Assembly: GCA_951406725.2 (NCBI GenBank)
Contig: OX597820.1
Span: 7,998,001 to 8,062,000 of the forward strand
Source: Octopus vulgaris
Taxonomy: Eukaryota
Length of the DNA: 64,000 bases
Direction: 5' to 3'
The notes beneath the pieces were generated by a model. That model was not told the DNA's origin, made no database searches, and saw nothing but the letters and a program-made list of their open reading frames with translations. Positions 28,715 to 41,904 of this stretch are shown here, in pieces. How positions within the stretch are numbered: the stretch's first letter is position 1; each line of letters opens with the position of its first letter. Both the position numbers and the translations under genes were made by a program.

Positions 28715-28890
28715 TGCGTGTTGTTTTTCTTAATCCCCACTTCATTGATGGTCCTGTGTCAGTAGTAGTAGTAGTAGAAGTAGTAGTGGAGGTAGTTGTT
28801 GTATCGGCGGTGCCAGCAGCAACAGTAGTAGTGGTAGTAGTAGTACTAGTATTGTTTTTCTTAATCCCCCTCATTGATGCTCACGTGTCA
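28445..28890. repeat. Three tandem ~150-bp units built around (AGT)n
   Basis: Repeated spacers ggtagttgttgta...caacag and gtttttcttaatcccc..tcattgatg..gtgtcag. Confidence 0.9.
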
Positions 28891-29150
28891 GGGGTCGATA
28901 AAATAAATACCAGTCAAGTACTGAGGTCAATGTAATCAACTGATCCGCCCACCCCCACCCCCCGTCACCAACTAAAATCACGGGGGGGAGGGGGGCTGGC
29001 AAAATCGATAGCACGCTGTCTTTACGTTCTGAGTTCAAATTCCGCTGAGGTTGACTTTGCCTTTCATCCTTTCGGGGGTCGATAAAACAAGTACCAGTTG
29101 AGTACTAGAGTCGTCCCCCAAAATTGCTGGCCTTGTGCCACAATTTGAAA
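28888..29150 (+). mobile_element. SINE family B fragments
   Basis: ggggtcgataaa core twice; ttctgagttcaaattccg. Confidence 0.7.
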
Positions 29151-29155
29151 TCGTT

Positions 29156-29187
<32 letters not shown>

Positions 29188-29549
29188 AGCAAGATGGCAG
29201 AACCGTTAGTGCGTGGGACAAAATGCTCAGCAGCTTTCCTCCCATCTTTGTTTCCATCAACCTCAAACAAATACATTATTTCGGATTATTTCTGTTTCCA
29301 GTCTGCTCATTCTGGTTGTCTCCTGTTTCCGGGTCTTCGTATATTTGGATAGTGCCTCGGTGTTTAGACAGGGTTGTGTCTCTTCTTTTAAAGCTCTTCT
29401 CGCCCCCGGGTCTCTGATACGAAACCGGAATGGACGTACTTTGTTTGTAGAATTCAGCAGCAAATTATTTACTAATGCATCTTGATGTCTGCCTATCTGA
29501 TATTAATTGTTTTGAGCAGGTAAAACCGGGAGAATCAAATGATTTGTAG

Positions 29550-29841
29550 ATCACCGTGACCGACCGGGCAATCAGATGTTGCTACACATCGCTGGTCACA
29601 ATACGCTTCGCATTGTTTTAGCCTTCAAATGACGCCACCCCGCTGGCTAAGCGAGCAGGTCAACAGAAGAAAGAGTGAGAGAAAGTTGTGGCGAAAGAGT
29701 ACAGCAGGGATCGCCACCACCCCCTGCTGGAGCCTCGTGGAGCTTTAGGTGTTTTTTGCTCAATAAACACTCACAACGCCCGGTCTGGGAATCGAAACCG
29801 CGATCCTACGACCGCGAGTCCGCTGCCCTAACCACTGGGCC
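29550..29841 (-). mobile_element. SINE family A, tail type 1
   Basis: Reverse complement of 21631-21940; head clipped at the junction with SINE B. Confidence 0.9.
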
Positions 29842-30000
29842 ACACGGATTAAATCGATTATATCGACCCCAGTGCGTAACTGGTACTTATTTAATCGACC
29901 CCCCGAAAGGATGAAAGGCAAAGTCGACCTCGGCGGAATTTGAACTCAGAACGTAACGGCAGACGAAATACCACTAAGCATTTCTGCCAGCTCGCCGCCT
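29842..30000 (-). mobile_element. SINE family B (3'-truncated), abutting SINE A
   Basis: ctgccagctcgccgcc head at 29984-29999; core present. Confidence 0.85.
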
Positions 30001-30304
30001 TCTACAGGGGTATATGCGCATATATGTGCGTGTGTGTATGGGACCGTGTGTAAACGTGGGCGCGCGTGTGTGTGTATGTGTGTGTTTGAGTGTACGTCTG
30101 CGATGATCAGAGACAGAGATGAGTGGGGGGGAAAGGGGTGAATTCGACAAATATTTTTGTAAATACACTCACATACATATACACACACACATACATACAA
30201 ACATACATATATACAGATATAATGGACACATATTTATACATATGCGCATACACACATACATACATACATGTATACAGATATAATACACACATATTTATAC
30301 ATAT

Positions 30305-30342
<38 letters not shown>

Positions 30343-30578
30343 ACATATATATATCGAATATTGGCAGATTAACAGAATGGAGTGTTGAGGATAAAGTGAG
30401 AGTGAGAGGGGGGACTCACTTGGAGGGCAGGTAAGTGTGGGGAGTGAAAAGGTGAGTGAGGGAGAGGTAATAACTGAGTGGTCAGTAATTTTGAGTGAGA
30501 GTATAGGCGAAAGTATGAGAGTATGAGAGGTGGGGGAGTAAGTGGGAGAGTGCAGCTTTGTGTTTGGTTCGGTGCAAA

Positions 30579-30623
<45 letters not shown>

Positions 30624-30657
30624 TGAGTAAGGAGAAGTAGGGAAGTAGCATTGTGAG

Positions 30658-30691
<34 letters not shown>

Positions 30692-30939
30692 GTGAAGAGG
30701 TATAGCGGGAGGGAAGGGAATAGAGAGAGAAGTGGGGGAGATTGAGAGTGATGAGTGAAAAGAAAGAATGGGAAAAGGGGGGGGGAGATGTTAGAATCTA
30801 GTTTTAAACATGTGGAAGGAGGAGGAGGAGGAGGAGGAGCAAGAAGGGGTAAATATAGAAATAACTTTGATTAAATTGTCGATATATGAACTTGTGACTT
30901 CTGTTGACTTCTCTTATACATTCAGAAGTAAATACATAC

Positions 30940-30982
<43 letters not shown>

Positions 30983-31025
30983 GACATATAGACATACACA
31001 CACACACACACATATATACATATCT

Positions 31026-31255
31026 CTCTTTTACTCTTTTACTTGTTTCAGTCATTTGACTGCGGCCATGCTGGAGCACCGCCTTTAGTCGAGCAAATCG
31101 ACCCCCCCAAGACTTATTCTTTGTAAGCCTAGTGCTTATTCTATCTGTGTCTTTTGCCGAACCGCTAAGTAACGGGACATAAACACACCAGCATCGGTTG
31201 TCAAACGATGTTGGGGGAAGGACAAACACAGACACCCAAACATATACACACACAT

Positions 31256-31299
<44 letters not shown>

Positions 31300-31552
31300 T
31301 TATTTATTTTATAGAAGGAGCTCCTTCTATAAAATAAATTAATTTACTCCGCTATGTATTGAGTACCTTATTTACTGTGGTTAACCCCGACTCAACCCGG
31401 GACCTACATATATATATATATACATATATACGACGGGCTTCTTTCAGTTTCCGTCTACCAAATCCACTTGCCCAAGGTACCACGCAGTGGGACTGAACCC
31501 GGAACCAAGTGGTTGGTAAGCAAGCTACTTACCATACAGCCACTCTAGCGCC
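31026..31552 (-). mobile_element. SINE family C, interrupted by an H2 fragment in its internal microsatellite
   Basis: Both halves match 14195-14612; insert at 31302-31408. Confidence 0.85.
31302..31408 (+). mobile_element. 3' part of hammerhead module H2 with inverted 5' duplication
   Basis: agctccttctata shared with 20968-20980; 38-bp perfect palindrome 31302-31339; flanked by (TA)n. Confidence 0.6.
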
Positions 31553-31568
31553 TGTATATATATATATA

Positions 31569-31625
<57 letters not shown>

Positions 31626-31719
31626 CACAAACATTCATATATTCACAACACATACACACACGGACACACACACACATATATATATACACACAAATACTTA
31701 AACACTTAATTTCGCATCG

Positions 31720-31895
31720 CTCCAGTCCACTCAGCTGGCAAAACTAAGGTGTACCTGTAATTTTTCAAAGAGGCCAGTCTTGTCACATTACGTCAAGGGT
31801 TCGCGTGACTGTGGAGTACTCAGCCATTAGCACCTTAATTTCACGAGCAGGCTGTTTTGTTGATCGGATCAGCTGGAACCGTCGTGATCGTCGTC
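31720..31895 (+). mobile_element. Degenerate SINE A type-3 tail
   Basis: ttaatttcacgagcaggctgtt..ttgatcggatc matches 42843-42880. Confidence 0.65.
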
Positions 31896-31939
31896 GTAAA
31901 AAGAAGCCGGTTAAAAGAAGTCTCTTTACAGCAGTGGTC

Positions 31940-32170
31940 AAACCGCGCTGGTGGTCAATGAGGAGAGAAAGATATTAGAAAAGGTGGAGAGAAATGATCG
32001 CCTAAGGACTGTCTCCATCATGTTGGAGGTCAGAGAAGAGAGGACGATCGGACAATGGCTGGGAATCAAAATGGTTGGTTTTCGGTTTGAAACACTTGTA
32101 GCACGTCTCCTGGGAAATGCAGTCACAAGACCGCCCTGGCTGGAGAATCTGCACCAACACAAGAGGTGCC
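31940..32170 (-). mobile_element. Degenerate LINE RT N-terminal fragment
   Basis: HCPIVLSSLTSNMMETV resembles the YRPIxLxSxxSKxME motif. Confidence 0.45.
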
Positions 32171-32287
32171 ACCTCTTATGAACAGAAGAAGATTACAGGA
32201 GCACAAAGATAAAATGAACTACGCTGGTCCGGAGCCACCCGCCCCGCCCCCATAGCCCTACATGCGAAAAAGCCTTCCCAGCACACT

Positions 32288-32680
32288 GGACTTGACTTGA
32301 CTTGAGACAGCATTCACCTGGGGTGGGTTGAGCTGGCGTCATTCATCCTCAATGCTGCATCTCTCGCAAACGCCGACCAGACCTGGCAATTTGAGGCTAA
32401 CGACCGCGTGATCTCCAACCACACCTTATTCCAGCGGCAAATGCCGTAGATATGGGGGGGGCCTAGGTTGGGTTCCAGGTCAGCCTTGACTGTCATCAGC
32501 CAGGTTTTTCGTTGTCCACCACATCGCTTTCGCCAACCCTGAAGGGGAACTGGGGCAACTGCTTCGTAGGTTGGGTTTCAGATCAGCTTTGACTGTCATC
32601 AGCCAGGTTTTCCGTTGTCCACCACATCGCTTTCGCCAACCCTGAAGGGAAGCTGGGGCAATTTTTTCGTAGATGAATTC
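32288..32680 (-). mobile_element. RTE-like LINE 3' end with ~100-bp internal duplication
   Basis: GGQRKTWLMTVKADL...LASNCQVWSAF; (TCAAG)n tail at 32290-32305; 32481-32575 repeated at 32583-32672. Confidence 0.65.
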
Positions 32681-33843
32681 TCCTGGTTGACGACGGAGGG
32701 CATGACCCAGCCAAGGCAGACGTCTTGTCAGGATGACTTGTCGGAGGGAGGTGATTTTGCACTGGTGTCACACCGAATCGTTGGAGACAAAGTGATGCCA
32801 TCGGACCCGAAGGACACTGGACTGGCTTGCCACAGCCGGACACACCGTGACCCGTCTTCTTTTCCTATGTGACGTCGTTCTTCGTCATCGTCGACATGAC
32901 GGACAAACAGACAAACTAGCGCATCTCCAGAGAAAGAGAGAGAGAGAAAGTATGGTTGAGAGTCAAAATGGATTCGAGAGTTTGATGAACATAATGGGCC
33001 AGACCACAGCTGACTGCGGCACCTTGGATGAGGCCGAGCAATGTTTGGTTTCTTTACGATGTTTTCTCTTGTAGAGCCCCACCACTACCACCGCCACCCC
33101 CTTCCCTATCACCACCAGCACCTTCCCTATCACCACCGCCACCCCCTTCACTATCACCACCAACACCACGTTGTTAAGGAGGAGGCATCTTACGTAACTC
33201 GGAGCAAATTTTGACATGTGATGTTGAATGCAATGATTGGTTATGTCTGGTGTTTCCGGTAAATAGCGAGGTGGAGGGCATAGTGTTTGGGGACAGTGGT
33301 GGTGGTGGTGGTGGTGGTGGCAGTGATGGTAATGTTGACAGCAATGAAAGAGGGGGCTAGAAAGAGGAGGACAATAGTGATAGCGATAGTAATAATGATA
33401 ATGAAGAGAATTTGGATAGCAACGACGATCGTAACAATGCTGCCGATGATGGTGATGATGATAATAATGATAGTAATGGTGGTGGTGAGAATGATAGTGG
33501 TGGTGGTGGTGGTGGTGGTGGTGGTGGTGGTGGTGGTAGTGGTGGTAGTGGTACTATACAGTACTTCACCTTTGACCTTCCTTCAACAACATCGTTTTTG
33601 CTGCTGTTTCCAGTGAGGTGGGGGAGAGAGAGGTGGAGAGATCATGAAAAAAAACCAAATGGAGGCAACAAAAACAATAACAAAACAACGAAGTTGTCCG
33701 GATGGAGGGAGGGGGAGGTGCATTCTTTAGTTGTTGTTGTTGTTGTTGTTGTTGTTATTGTTGCAGTTGTTTCAGCCATGTTTTGTCTGTTTAGTCAGCG
33801 ACAATTAGCAGAGTGATGATCATGTCTAATTGGTAACACACAC

Positions 33844-33945
<102 letters not shown>

Positions 33946-34457
33946 GCATATATACATATATATATGTATATATACTGTATACATTTTTATACTCATACAT
34001 ACACGCGCGCACACACACACACACACATACTGAGTTATACATACACTTTATACATACTCAACAATCGGTCAAATACACATACTCCCACCGACTCCACCAC
34101 CAATATAATGTCCAACAACTACATCCCCTTCGCCACCTCCCGTCTCCCTTCAGAGTCTTTCCGTGACATATCGGCCGAAAATTACTCAGGACAGCTACAA
34201 TTATGATGACCATTTCTTAATTGTTTTTGACTTTCAATAAAAATCCGGTCGGTGCCATTCTCTTGCTTAGTCTTCGCTTGTAATTGTATTCACGCCTAGC
34301 AAACATTATAAGAATATAAATCGCCCCCATTAGCTGACTGGTACTCTGTTTTAGTTGACCCCAGAATGATGCAAGTCACAGCTGACCTTGGCAGGCTTTG
34401 AACCTAGAATGTAAAAACTAGTAACTAATTTTTTTTTTGTTCGCTTGTGTGTGTGTT

Positions 34458-34543
<86 letters not shown>

Positions 34544-34689
34544 TATGTGAAGGATATTCCGACTAAATTCGACAGTTTGCATAAAAGGGAAAGAAAACAA
34601 TATCCTGTCCAAAAATAAAAATATTTTAACAAAATCAAAAACTATCAACTGGATTATGGTTAGAAGATAGAAGTTTACTCAAAGTAGCC

Positions 34690-35018
34690 AACCCTCAGCT
34701 TGCACCACGATCTCAAGGCGACTCCAGAACCTGTTGCACGCGTTCCTCACTGTTCTTAGGAAGATCTTCGAACACCTCTTTGATCTGGGCCACCAGCTCA
34801 GCTTTGGTGTGACGGGCAGAACGGTTGGTGTCTTTCTCAACCGCGCCTCACACATGGTAATCTATGGATTCCAATCGGAAGAATTATGAAACCAGAAATT
34901 GCGGCTGAAGAAGTAGAAATACTCCGGCAACCACTTCTGACTCTTTCCGGAGATGTGGCAAGGAGCTGAAGGCTGCTGCCTCACATTTGGCCTTCCAGCA
35001 GCAACCCTCTCCAGCCAC
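34690..35018 (-). mobile_element. Tc1/mariner (DD37D-like) transposase C-terminal relic
   Basis: Minus translation RQQPSAPCH..KSQKWL..FWFHNSSDWNP, then GAVEKDTN..RLEIVVQAEG after frameshifts. Confidence 0.7.
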
Positions 35019-35025
35019 GGCGTGA

Positions 35026-35080
35026 GTGGAGGCGCAATGGCCCAATGGTTAGGGCAGCGGACTCACTGTCGGAGGATCGC
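35026..35080 (+). mobile_element. SINE family A head fragment
   Basis: gtggaggcgcaatggcccaatggttagggcagcggactc. Confidence 0.8.
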
Positions 35081-35139
35081 TCCTTATATTACATACAGTT
35101 TCGTGTATGTAAATACACGACCATCCCGGACATCGTTAT

Positions 35140-35400
35140 TAGTTGTTAGTTGTCGGAGTTGTTGGTTGTTAGTTGTCGGAGTTGCTGGTTGTTAGTTGTC
35201 GGAGTACTGAATCCTTCAAAACTTCCATGCTTCCTGAGATTCGCCAACACTACACCTGATTTCCTCCCCTCCATACACACGCAAGCATGTATCTGACTCA
35301 TACACTGTTCGCTTTCCAGACATTTGTACATTACTGCATATACTTTATACGCACTTATGACAAGTTGTGGTGCACCTGAGCACCATATACAATAATTTCA
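35140..35400 (+). mobile_element. CR1-like LINE 3' end with (ATT)n tail
   Basis: Reverse-complement match to 26672-26890; 5' motif gttgttagttgtcggagt triplicated. Confidence 0.85.
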
Positions 35401-35408
35401 TTATTATA

Positions 35409-35471
<63 letters not shown>

Positions 35472-35726
35472 CATTATTATTATTATTATTATTATTATTG
35501 TTGTTTGCTTTCAAATCTCCGAGGATCTCATTCCAACGTCCACGAAACTTTAAGTAACACGCGTAGTTCAGTCAACCTTTCACTCAATATGTGTAACAGG
35601 TGAAACCACTTGAAATGACATACCTTGCTCAAGGCCACAACGCGCTGCCTGCTCCAGGAGTCGAAACTATGACCTTGTGATCTTGAACCTGATACCCTAA
35701 ACCCCGTGCTTTCACAACAACATCAA

Positions 35727-36065
35727 GTGGAGGCGCAATGACCAGTGGTTAGGGCAGCGGACTCGCGGCCGGAGGATCCCACACCGGGCCTTGTGTGTGT
35801 TTATTGAACGAAAACACCTAAAGCTCCACGAGGCTCCGGCAGGGGGTGGTGGCAACCCCTGTTGTACTCTTTCGCTCCAACTTTCTCTCACTCTTTCTTC
35901 CTGTTTCTTGTCCCCGACTTCCTACGCAACCGCTGAGCCTGGATGCGCATTCATCCATCCGTCGATGCTCTCGATGTCGGGGGTTGACCTGCTTTCTCTT
36001 CTGCGGGTCTTACGAATAGCAAAGGATCACGGTTCAGACCGCTCAACAGCAACAGCAACAACAAC
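35727..36065 (+). mobile_element. SINE family A, tail type 2 (B box deleted)
   Basis: Head and core as in other A copies; tail shared with 41189-41580. Confidence 0.88.
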
Positions 36066-36794
36066 ATCAACACCAAAGACAGGAGAAAAAAGTAAAAGGA
36101 ATCCGTAAGAAAGATGAAATGTCATTTCCCAACAAAAGATAAAACAAAAAATTATATTAATTTTTTTAAATATTTTTTTAAATATCTTTTAATATTTTTA
36201 CTCTTTTTTGTCTGATACAAAATCAGACGAAAGCGGAAAAAAAATTGTTTTTTCTATTTCTTTCCTATCGGCAAGATTTTTGTCTATTTTTTCTAGTAAA
36301 ACAGCCATTGGCCTCCAAACAATCCAAATATGGCCTTGTTACGATATTATAGGAAGGTGATTTAATTTTCGTCTCTTAAAAAATAATTTTGAAACCAAGA
36401 CAAGTTTAACCTAAATTTTTAAATCATTTCCAAACGTAAAGTCCTAATGGCCTTTATTTTTTCTCTAGATTTTTTTTAGTTTTACGATCAAAAAAATTTA
36501 ATAAATGAAAACTATGAAAATAATTTTCTATAAAATAGATTTTATGGAGTTGGTGGGGGGTCTTAATATTATATTTTTTCTAATGCAAATGGCGGAAGCA
36601 AAAGCTAAGAACTCAATAAAATGGAATTAATGTTTTATTGGTTAAATATTTCAATGGAGTTTGGTAAGGGAACATGTTTGTTAACCATTATATATTTGAT
36701 GGTGCAGGAAGTAATGGAGAAGTGTGTGTGTGTGGAATGGTTTGATTTGATCGGCCATTGCCAACGCTTGCACGATGAATAACACACACTCTCT

Positions 36795-36846
<52 letters not shown>

Positions 36847-36856
36847 AGAGAGAGAG

Positions 36857-36892
<36 letters not shown>

Positions 36893-37324
36893 AGACAGAG
36901 CGAAAGAGATAGAGAGCGAGAGAAATCTTGTCGGTTTTTACAAATGGATCCGAAAGAGAGGAAACTAAATTTTTGTCTTTTGTAGGCATATCATGAAGGT
37001 GTCGTATCTTCTGTTTGCGTTTGTTGATGTTATTAACATTTTGAACAGAACTGTGATGTTTAAAACAACATCTCGTCTCTCTGGCTGCACGGTTCCATGC
37101 TTTTTATTTTTGTTTGTTTGTTTTCTTTGTTTCTTTTTTTTACAATATTAACTCGTCCGCGTTCAGCTGTTTGGCCGCGTGGTTAAGGTGTTCAGCTGAC
37201 CACCAGAACGCCGTGCATTTCATTCAGGAACCGGGCAGCGCGTTGTCTCCTTCAGCAAGGCACTTCATTCCACGTTGCTCCAGTCTGATTAGCCACAAAA
37301 GAGTACCACCAGATATTGGTACAG

Positions 37325-37355
<31 letters not shown>

Positions 37356-37680
37356 ACTCTCACTCTCTCTCACTCTCTCTCGCTTTCACTCTCTCTCGCT
37401 CTCACTCTCTCCCTCTCTCTCCCTCTCTCTCCCTCTCTCTCCCTCTCTCTCCCTCCCCCACCCTCTCTCTCTCTCCCTCTCTCTTCCTCTCTCTCTCACT
37501 CTCACTCTCTCTCGCTCTCTCTCCCCTCTCTCTCTCACTCTCTCTCTCACTCACTCTCATTCTCTCGCTCACTCTCTCTCACTTTCTCTCACTCTCTCTC
37601 TTCCTCTCTCTCTCTCACTCACTCTAATTCTCTCTCTCACTCCCCCCCTCTCTCTCTCTCTTCCTCTCTCTCTCTCTCTC
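37325..37680. repeat. Degenerate (CT)n polypyrimidine tract
   Basis: Directly visible. Confidence 0.9.
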
Positions 37681-38249
37681 CGGCTGTCATAATCTCGATG
37701 TACCAGCAAAGGTCGGGGCGCTGCCTGTGTCTGCTTTCGGCTCTCTTCACACCTGAAAACAAGGATCGAAACTACGGCGCATACTATCATTTACTATTGC
37801 TCGTGGGTGAGAGCTGAACACATTCCCCTTTCTCGTTGACTCGGTCAAGTTTAAATGGAGTTTTAACAAACCCAGTATATACCATTTCACTATTAATTGT
37901 AATTATGAATACAGAAAACCTCCTTATCATTTGAAAGAGCACACTTAGCTGCTAAGAATGAAACCTAGTCTCCGAACGAATGTATATTTCTTTCATTCGT
38001 TAAACTGCTTTTGGTCATCGCTAACTGTTCATGAGTTTACTTTACATCGTTGGTCAGAGCAAAACTTTACAATGTGTACTATGTGCTTATTTCGTGGCAC
38101 CAACATTAGAGTGATAGCCATGTACTCTACACCGGACTGCACAACCCCAGATCTCTTCTCGTTTGCCAAAGTATTTACTAAATGCAAGCCATAAGTAACA
38201 AAGGCCTGAATGATACAGATGAGTAATAAAGGTGGTGATAGGAATACTC

Positions 38250-38570
38250 ATTTATCTTCATTCGTCCGTTTTCTCCACCTTTTATTCCCAAGAGGGAAAG
38301 TCATGGTGACAGAAGTGTCTCCTCCATAGGCAACCATCATTAGAAGCAACCATCGTCGGGCTTTCCCCGCAGGATTCCAACTGAGACTATGAATACTACC
38401 CAACCATCTCGTTCTTGATCTACTTTTAGATCTCCTGTCAATTGGCTCAGCTTGGAAAATCCGTCTTGTGATTCTGTCCTCTGACATTCGAATCACATGC
38501 TTGTAGTATGGGAGCTGTGATTTCTCAATACAGATGGGCAGTGACTTGACCTGGAGAGACTCCTGATCTC
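38250..38570 (-). mobile_element. RTE-like LINE 3' fragment
   Basis: HVIRMSEDRITRRIF...RSKSRSRTRW resembles the RTE GHVxRM...RxxGRPxxRW motif. Confidence 0.65.
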
Positions 38571-38837
38571 CGAGCTACGCACACTGTCGAATAAAGTTAC
38601 AGATTACAAAGAGCCTTTCAAGGATCTCAGTTATCTCTGCTGTGTAATTATATTCAAGGTAGCGCAATGTGACTGAGTTGGTTGGTGGAGATGACAGAGG
38701 TCTGTGTGAATCAGAAGATAGCGAGGTGACAGTGTCCCCGGGATGCGTAGCAATCAATGACATGAAATGATGACAGGCAGTGAAGGTATAATATCTCTCT
38801 CTCTTTCTTTCTTTCTTTCTCTCTCTCTCTCTCTATC

Positions 38838-38867
<30 letters not shown>

Positions 38868-38868
<1 letters not shown>

Positions 38869-39252
38869 ACAAAGGGTAAAATTAATTAATTAAGAAGTAA
38901 TCAGTAATTTCACCAAGTAGAATTCGGCATGAAAAAAGGACCATTTCATGGTAAACTTAAGTAATACTAAATAGTTAGGGTTCAGCAAAGATTTGCTTTA
39001 CCACATACCGAAGTTTAGAAATAGCAGCCAAAAAACGTTAGCTATTTCTTCTACTTTAAAAAGGACTCCCAGAAAAACCAAAATACTTGAAAACAATCCA
39101 CACAGGCAGAGAGGAAGGAGTAACGAAAATCAATCAATATCTGGTCACCTATGGACGCGCGTTTCGGAATTAGGTTGGAATGAAGAATATAAAATTATAC
39201 TTTACCAACCGTTTTCCTCTTCAGGATAGGTCCCCATCAATATACTAATTAT
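38868..39252 (-). mobile_element. Hammerhead-bearing module H3 ending in (TA)n
   Basis: ~385-bp insert bounded by TA repeats; hammerhead near its 5' end on the minus strand. Confidence 0.65.
39147..39231 (-). ncRNA. Type-I hammerhead ribozyme motif with palindromic stem III
   Basis: Minus: ACCUAUc-CUGAAGA-GGAA aac GGUUGG...CCAACC uaa UUCC-GAAA-CGCGCG-UC^-cAUAGGU. Confidence 0.82.
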
Positions 39253-39267
39253 TTATATATACACACA

Positions 39268-39424
39268 TTTTTTTCTCTCCTTGGTTTTTCTATGTCCCTT
39301 TCTGTAGAAGAGCGTAGGCTCGAAACGTAAAAGATTTTTTCTATTCCTGGGCGTTATACTAATACATCTGTTTGTTTTGTACACCACTTGTCTTCGTCTT
39401 TTGTTTTTTTCGTAAACTCTCCCT
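39268..39424 (+). mobile_element. Module H4 with variant hammerhead-like core (39298-39333)
   Basis: CUUU-CUGUAGA-A-GAGC(GUAG)GCUC-GAAA-CGU-A-AAAG; second copy at 46786-46960 (-); 3' end abuts (TA)n. Confidence 0.65.
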
Positions 39425-40247
39425 ATATATATATATCACTGCCTGTCTATCTTTATATCCGTCTGTTTGTCAATCTGTCTATCGTCTATCGGTATACATG
39501 TCTGTGTATGTCTTTCTGTTTGTGTGTGTGAGGAGAAAGACGAGGAAGAGGAGGAAGAGGAGGAGGTTGTTGTTATCATCGATATAACTGGTGGACACTA
39601 TAAACACGGACGAGATTATCCGCTGACGCTACTTCGTCACTTCCGCTGTCATAAAGTTTTAGTAATTAACGACACTATTGTTCACAATTTGCCAATAAAA
39701 AAAAAGTAGAACAGCTTTCAAGGCGATGCTACAGCATGGCCTGAAACTTAATGATTGAAATGAACTAAAGAACTATAGAAAATAACAAAAATAACCTTTA
39801 ACAAAATGGCTGCCATTTGTTGTCTGATTAGTTATCAATGTCTGAATGTTCTGGAAGGAAATGAGGCGGGGGTGAAGGAGGTGGAGGATGGAGGACAGTG
39901 GCGGCGGGGGGGGACTGTTGGCCCATGGGAGATGATCGGTCTCTTGCCCACTAGCACATTGCACACACACACACACATACAACATACTCACACACACACA
40001 TATATACAGATATGCACAGACATACACATAGACACATAGACATACACACACACGTAACATATACATGCACACACACACACATACGCATACGAACACACGG
40101 ACGTGTACAACCACTGTCGCCTATGAAGTGGCGTGTGTGTGTGTGTTAATATGTGTATATATGTAAATGCATGAGTGTGTCAGTGTGTGTTGTGTGTGTG
40201 TGCACGGAACGATAGAAAGACGTGTGAAAATATGTACGTAAGTGCAC

Positions 40248-40668
<421 letters not shown>

Positions 40669-40845
40669 TGAGGAAATTTGTGTATATTATACGTAGGTAT
40701 CATGTAAATATATAGATCGCACATATGTAAATATGTGCAGGTGTGTGTTGAATGCATACAGGTATGTGTGTGCGTGCAGGTGTGACTCTGTGTGTGTGTG
40801 TGTTTAGTACATTAAAGTCCCCCACCCGCTGTAAAAAGAAGACGG

Positions 40846-40860
40846 AGCGCCACCTGCCGG
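40846..40860 (-). promoter_or_regulatory. Candidate CTCF binding motif
   Basis: Minus strand CCGGCAGGTGGCGCT fits the CCRSYAGRKGGCRS consensus, in non-repetitive-looking GC-richer sequence. Confidence 0.4.
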
Positions 40861-41188
40861 TTCCTGAACCAATGTAATTTGTCACAACTGTCAGAGACGA
40901 TGGCGCTGTTAAAAACAACCAGCAAAGCGCTGAGCTGGAGTTGTGTCTAGCTTGTAAGATATCGTGGGGCGAGGGGGTGCGTGCGTAGCGGGGTTGTTAG
41001 AGGGGTGGATATTAGTGGTGGTGGTAGTTGTGGTGGTGGTAGTTGTGGTGGTGGTGGTGGTGGTGGTGGTGGTGGTGGTGGTGGTCATTATTGCCATCAA
41101 CACACTATTTCAATGTAACAGTCATGGTTGTAGTGATTTTCTGTCTGCTGGATTGTGGTTAACCTAGGGCTAAACAACAGCAACTGCT

Positions 41189-41580
41189 GTGGAGGTGCAA
41201 TGGCCCAATGGTTAGGGCAGCGGACTCGCGGTCGGAGGATCGCGGTTTCGATTTCGATTCCCAGACCGGTCTTTGTGTGTGTTTATTGAACGAAAACACC
41301 TAAAGCTCCACGAGGCTCCGGCAGGGGGTGGTGGCGACCCCTGTTGTACTCTTTCGCCCCAACTTTCTCTCACTCTTTCTTCTTGTTTCTTGTCCCCGAC
41401 TTCCTGCGCAACCGCTCAGCCTGGATGCGCATTCATCCATCCGTCGATGCTCTCGGTGTCGGGGGTTGACCTGCTCTCTCTTCTGCGGGTCTTACGAATA
41501 GCAAAGGACCACGTTTCGGACTTCTCCCACTACAGAGGCGCGATCTTGCGAGCTCTGGGACGAAGACCGCCTCGCTCAAC
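41189..41580 (+). mobile_element. SINE family A, tail type 2 (longer), (AAAC)n tail
   Basis: A/B boxes; tail homologous to 35910-36035. Confidence 0.9.
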
Positions 41581-41904
41581 AAACAAACAAACAAACAAAC
41601 AAACAAACAACAGCAACAATAACGAAGACGACGATGCTAATTGGTCACCAATGAAATACTTTTACGGAACAAACAATCCGCCATCATGGCAAATATCGTT
41701 CACATTTCAACAAAATGAAACTCTCGTCGCCCATAGAAATCTATAGAAAATTCCAGCCACGAAAGCGTGTCAGTGCAAAGAGGAGCCGGGTGCGATGACA
41801 TACACGAGATTGTTGATAGATACCCCTCATGATACTCGGGTATCAATTGGCTACGACAGTGTAGATGGTGATAGAATGTAGATAGTGATAAGTAACAAAT
41901 ACTG

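Noticed and set aside
37682-37770. Possible minus-strand exon after the acceptor-like ccttgttttcag
   Set aside because: No donor or recognisable protein; runs into (GA)n.
41500-41525. Minus-strand GAAACGUGGUC in SINE A tail 2 as a hammerhead half
   Set aside because: No CUGANGA strand or stem I partner found.
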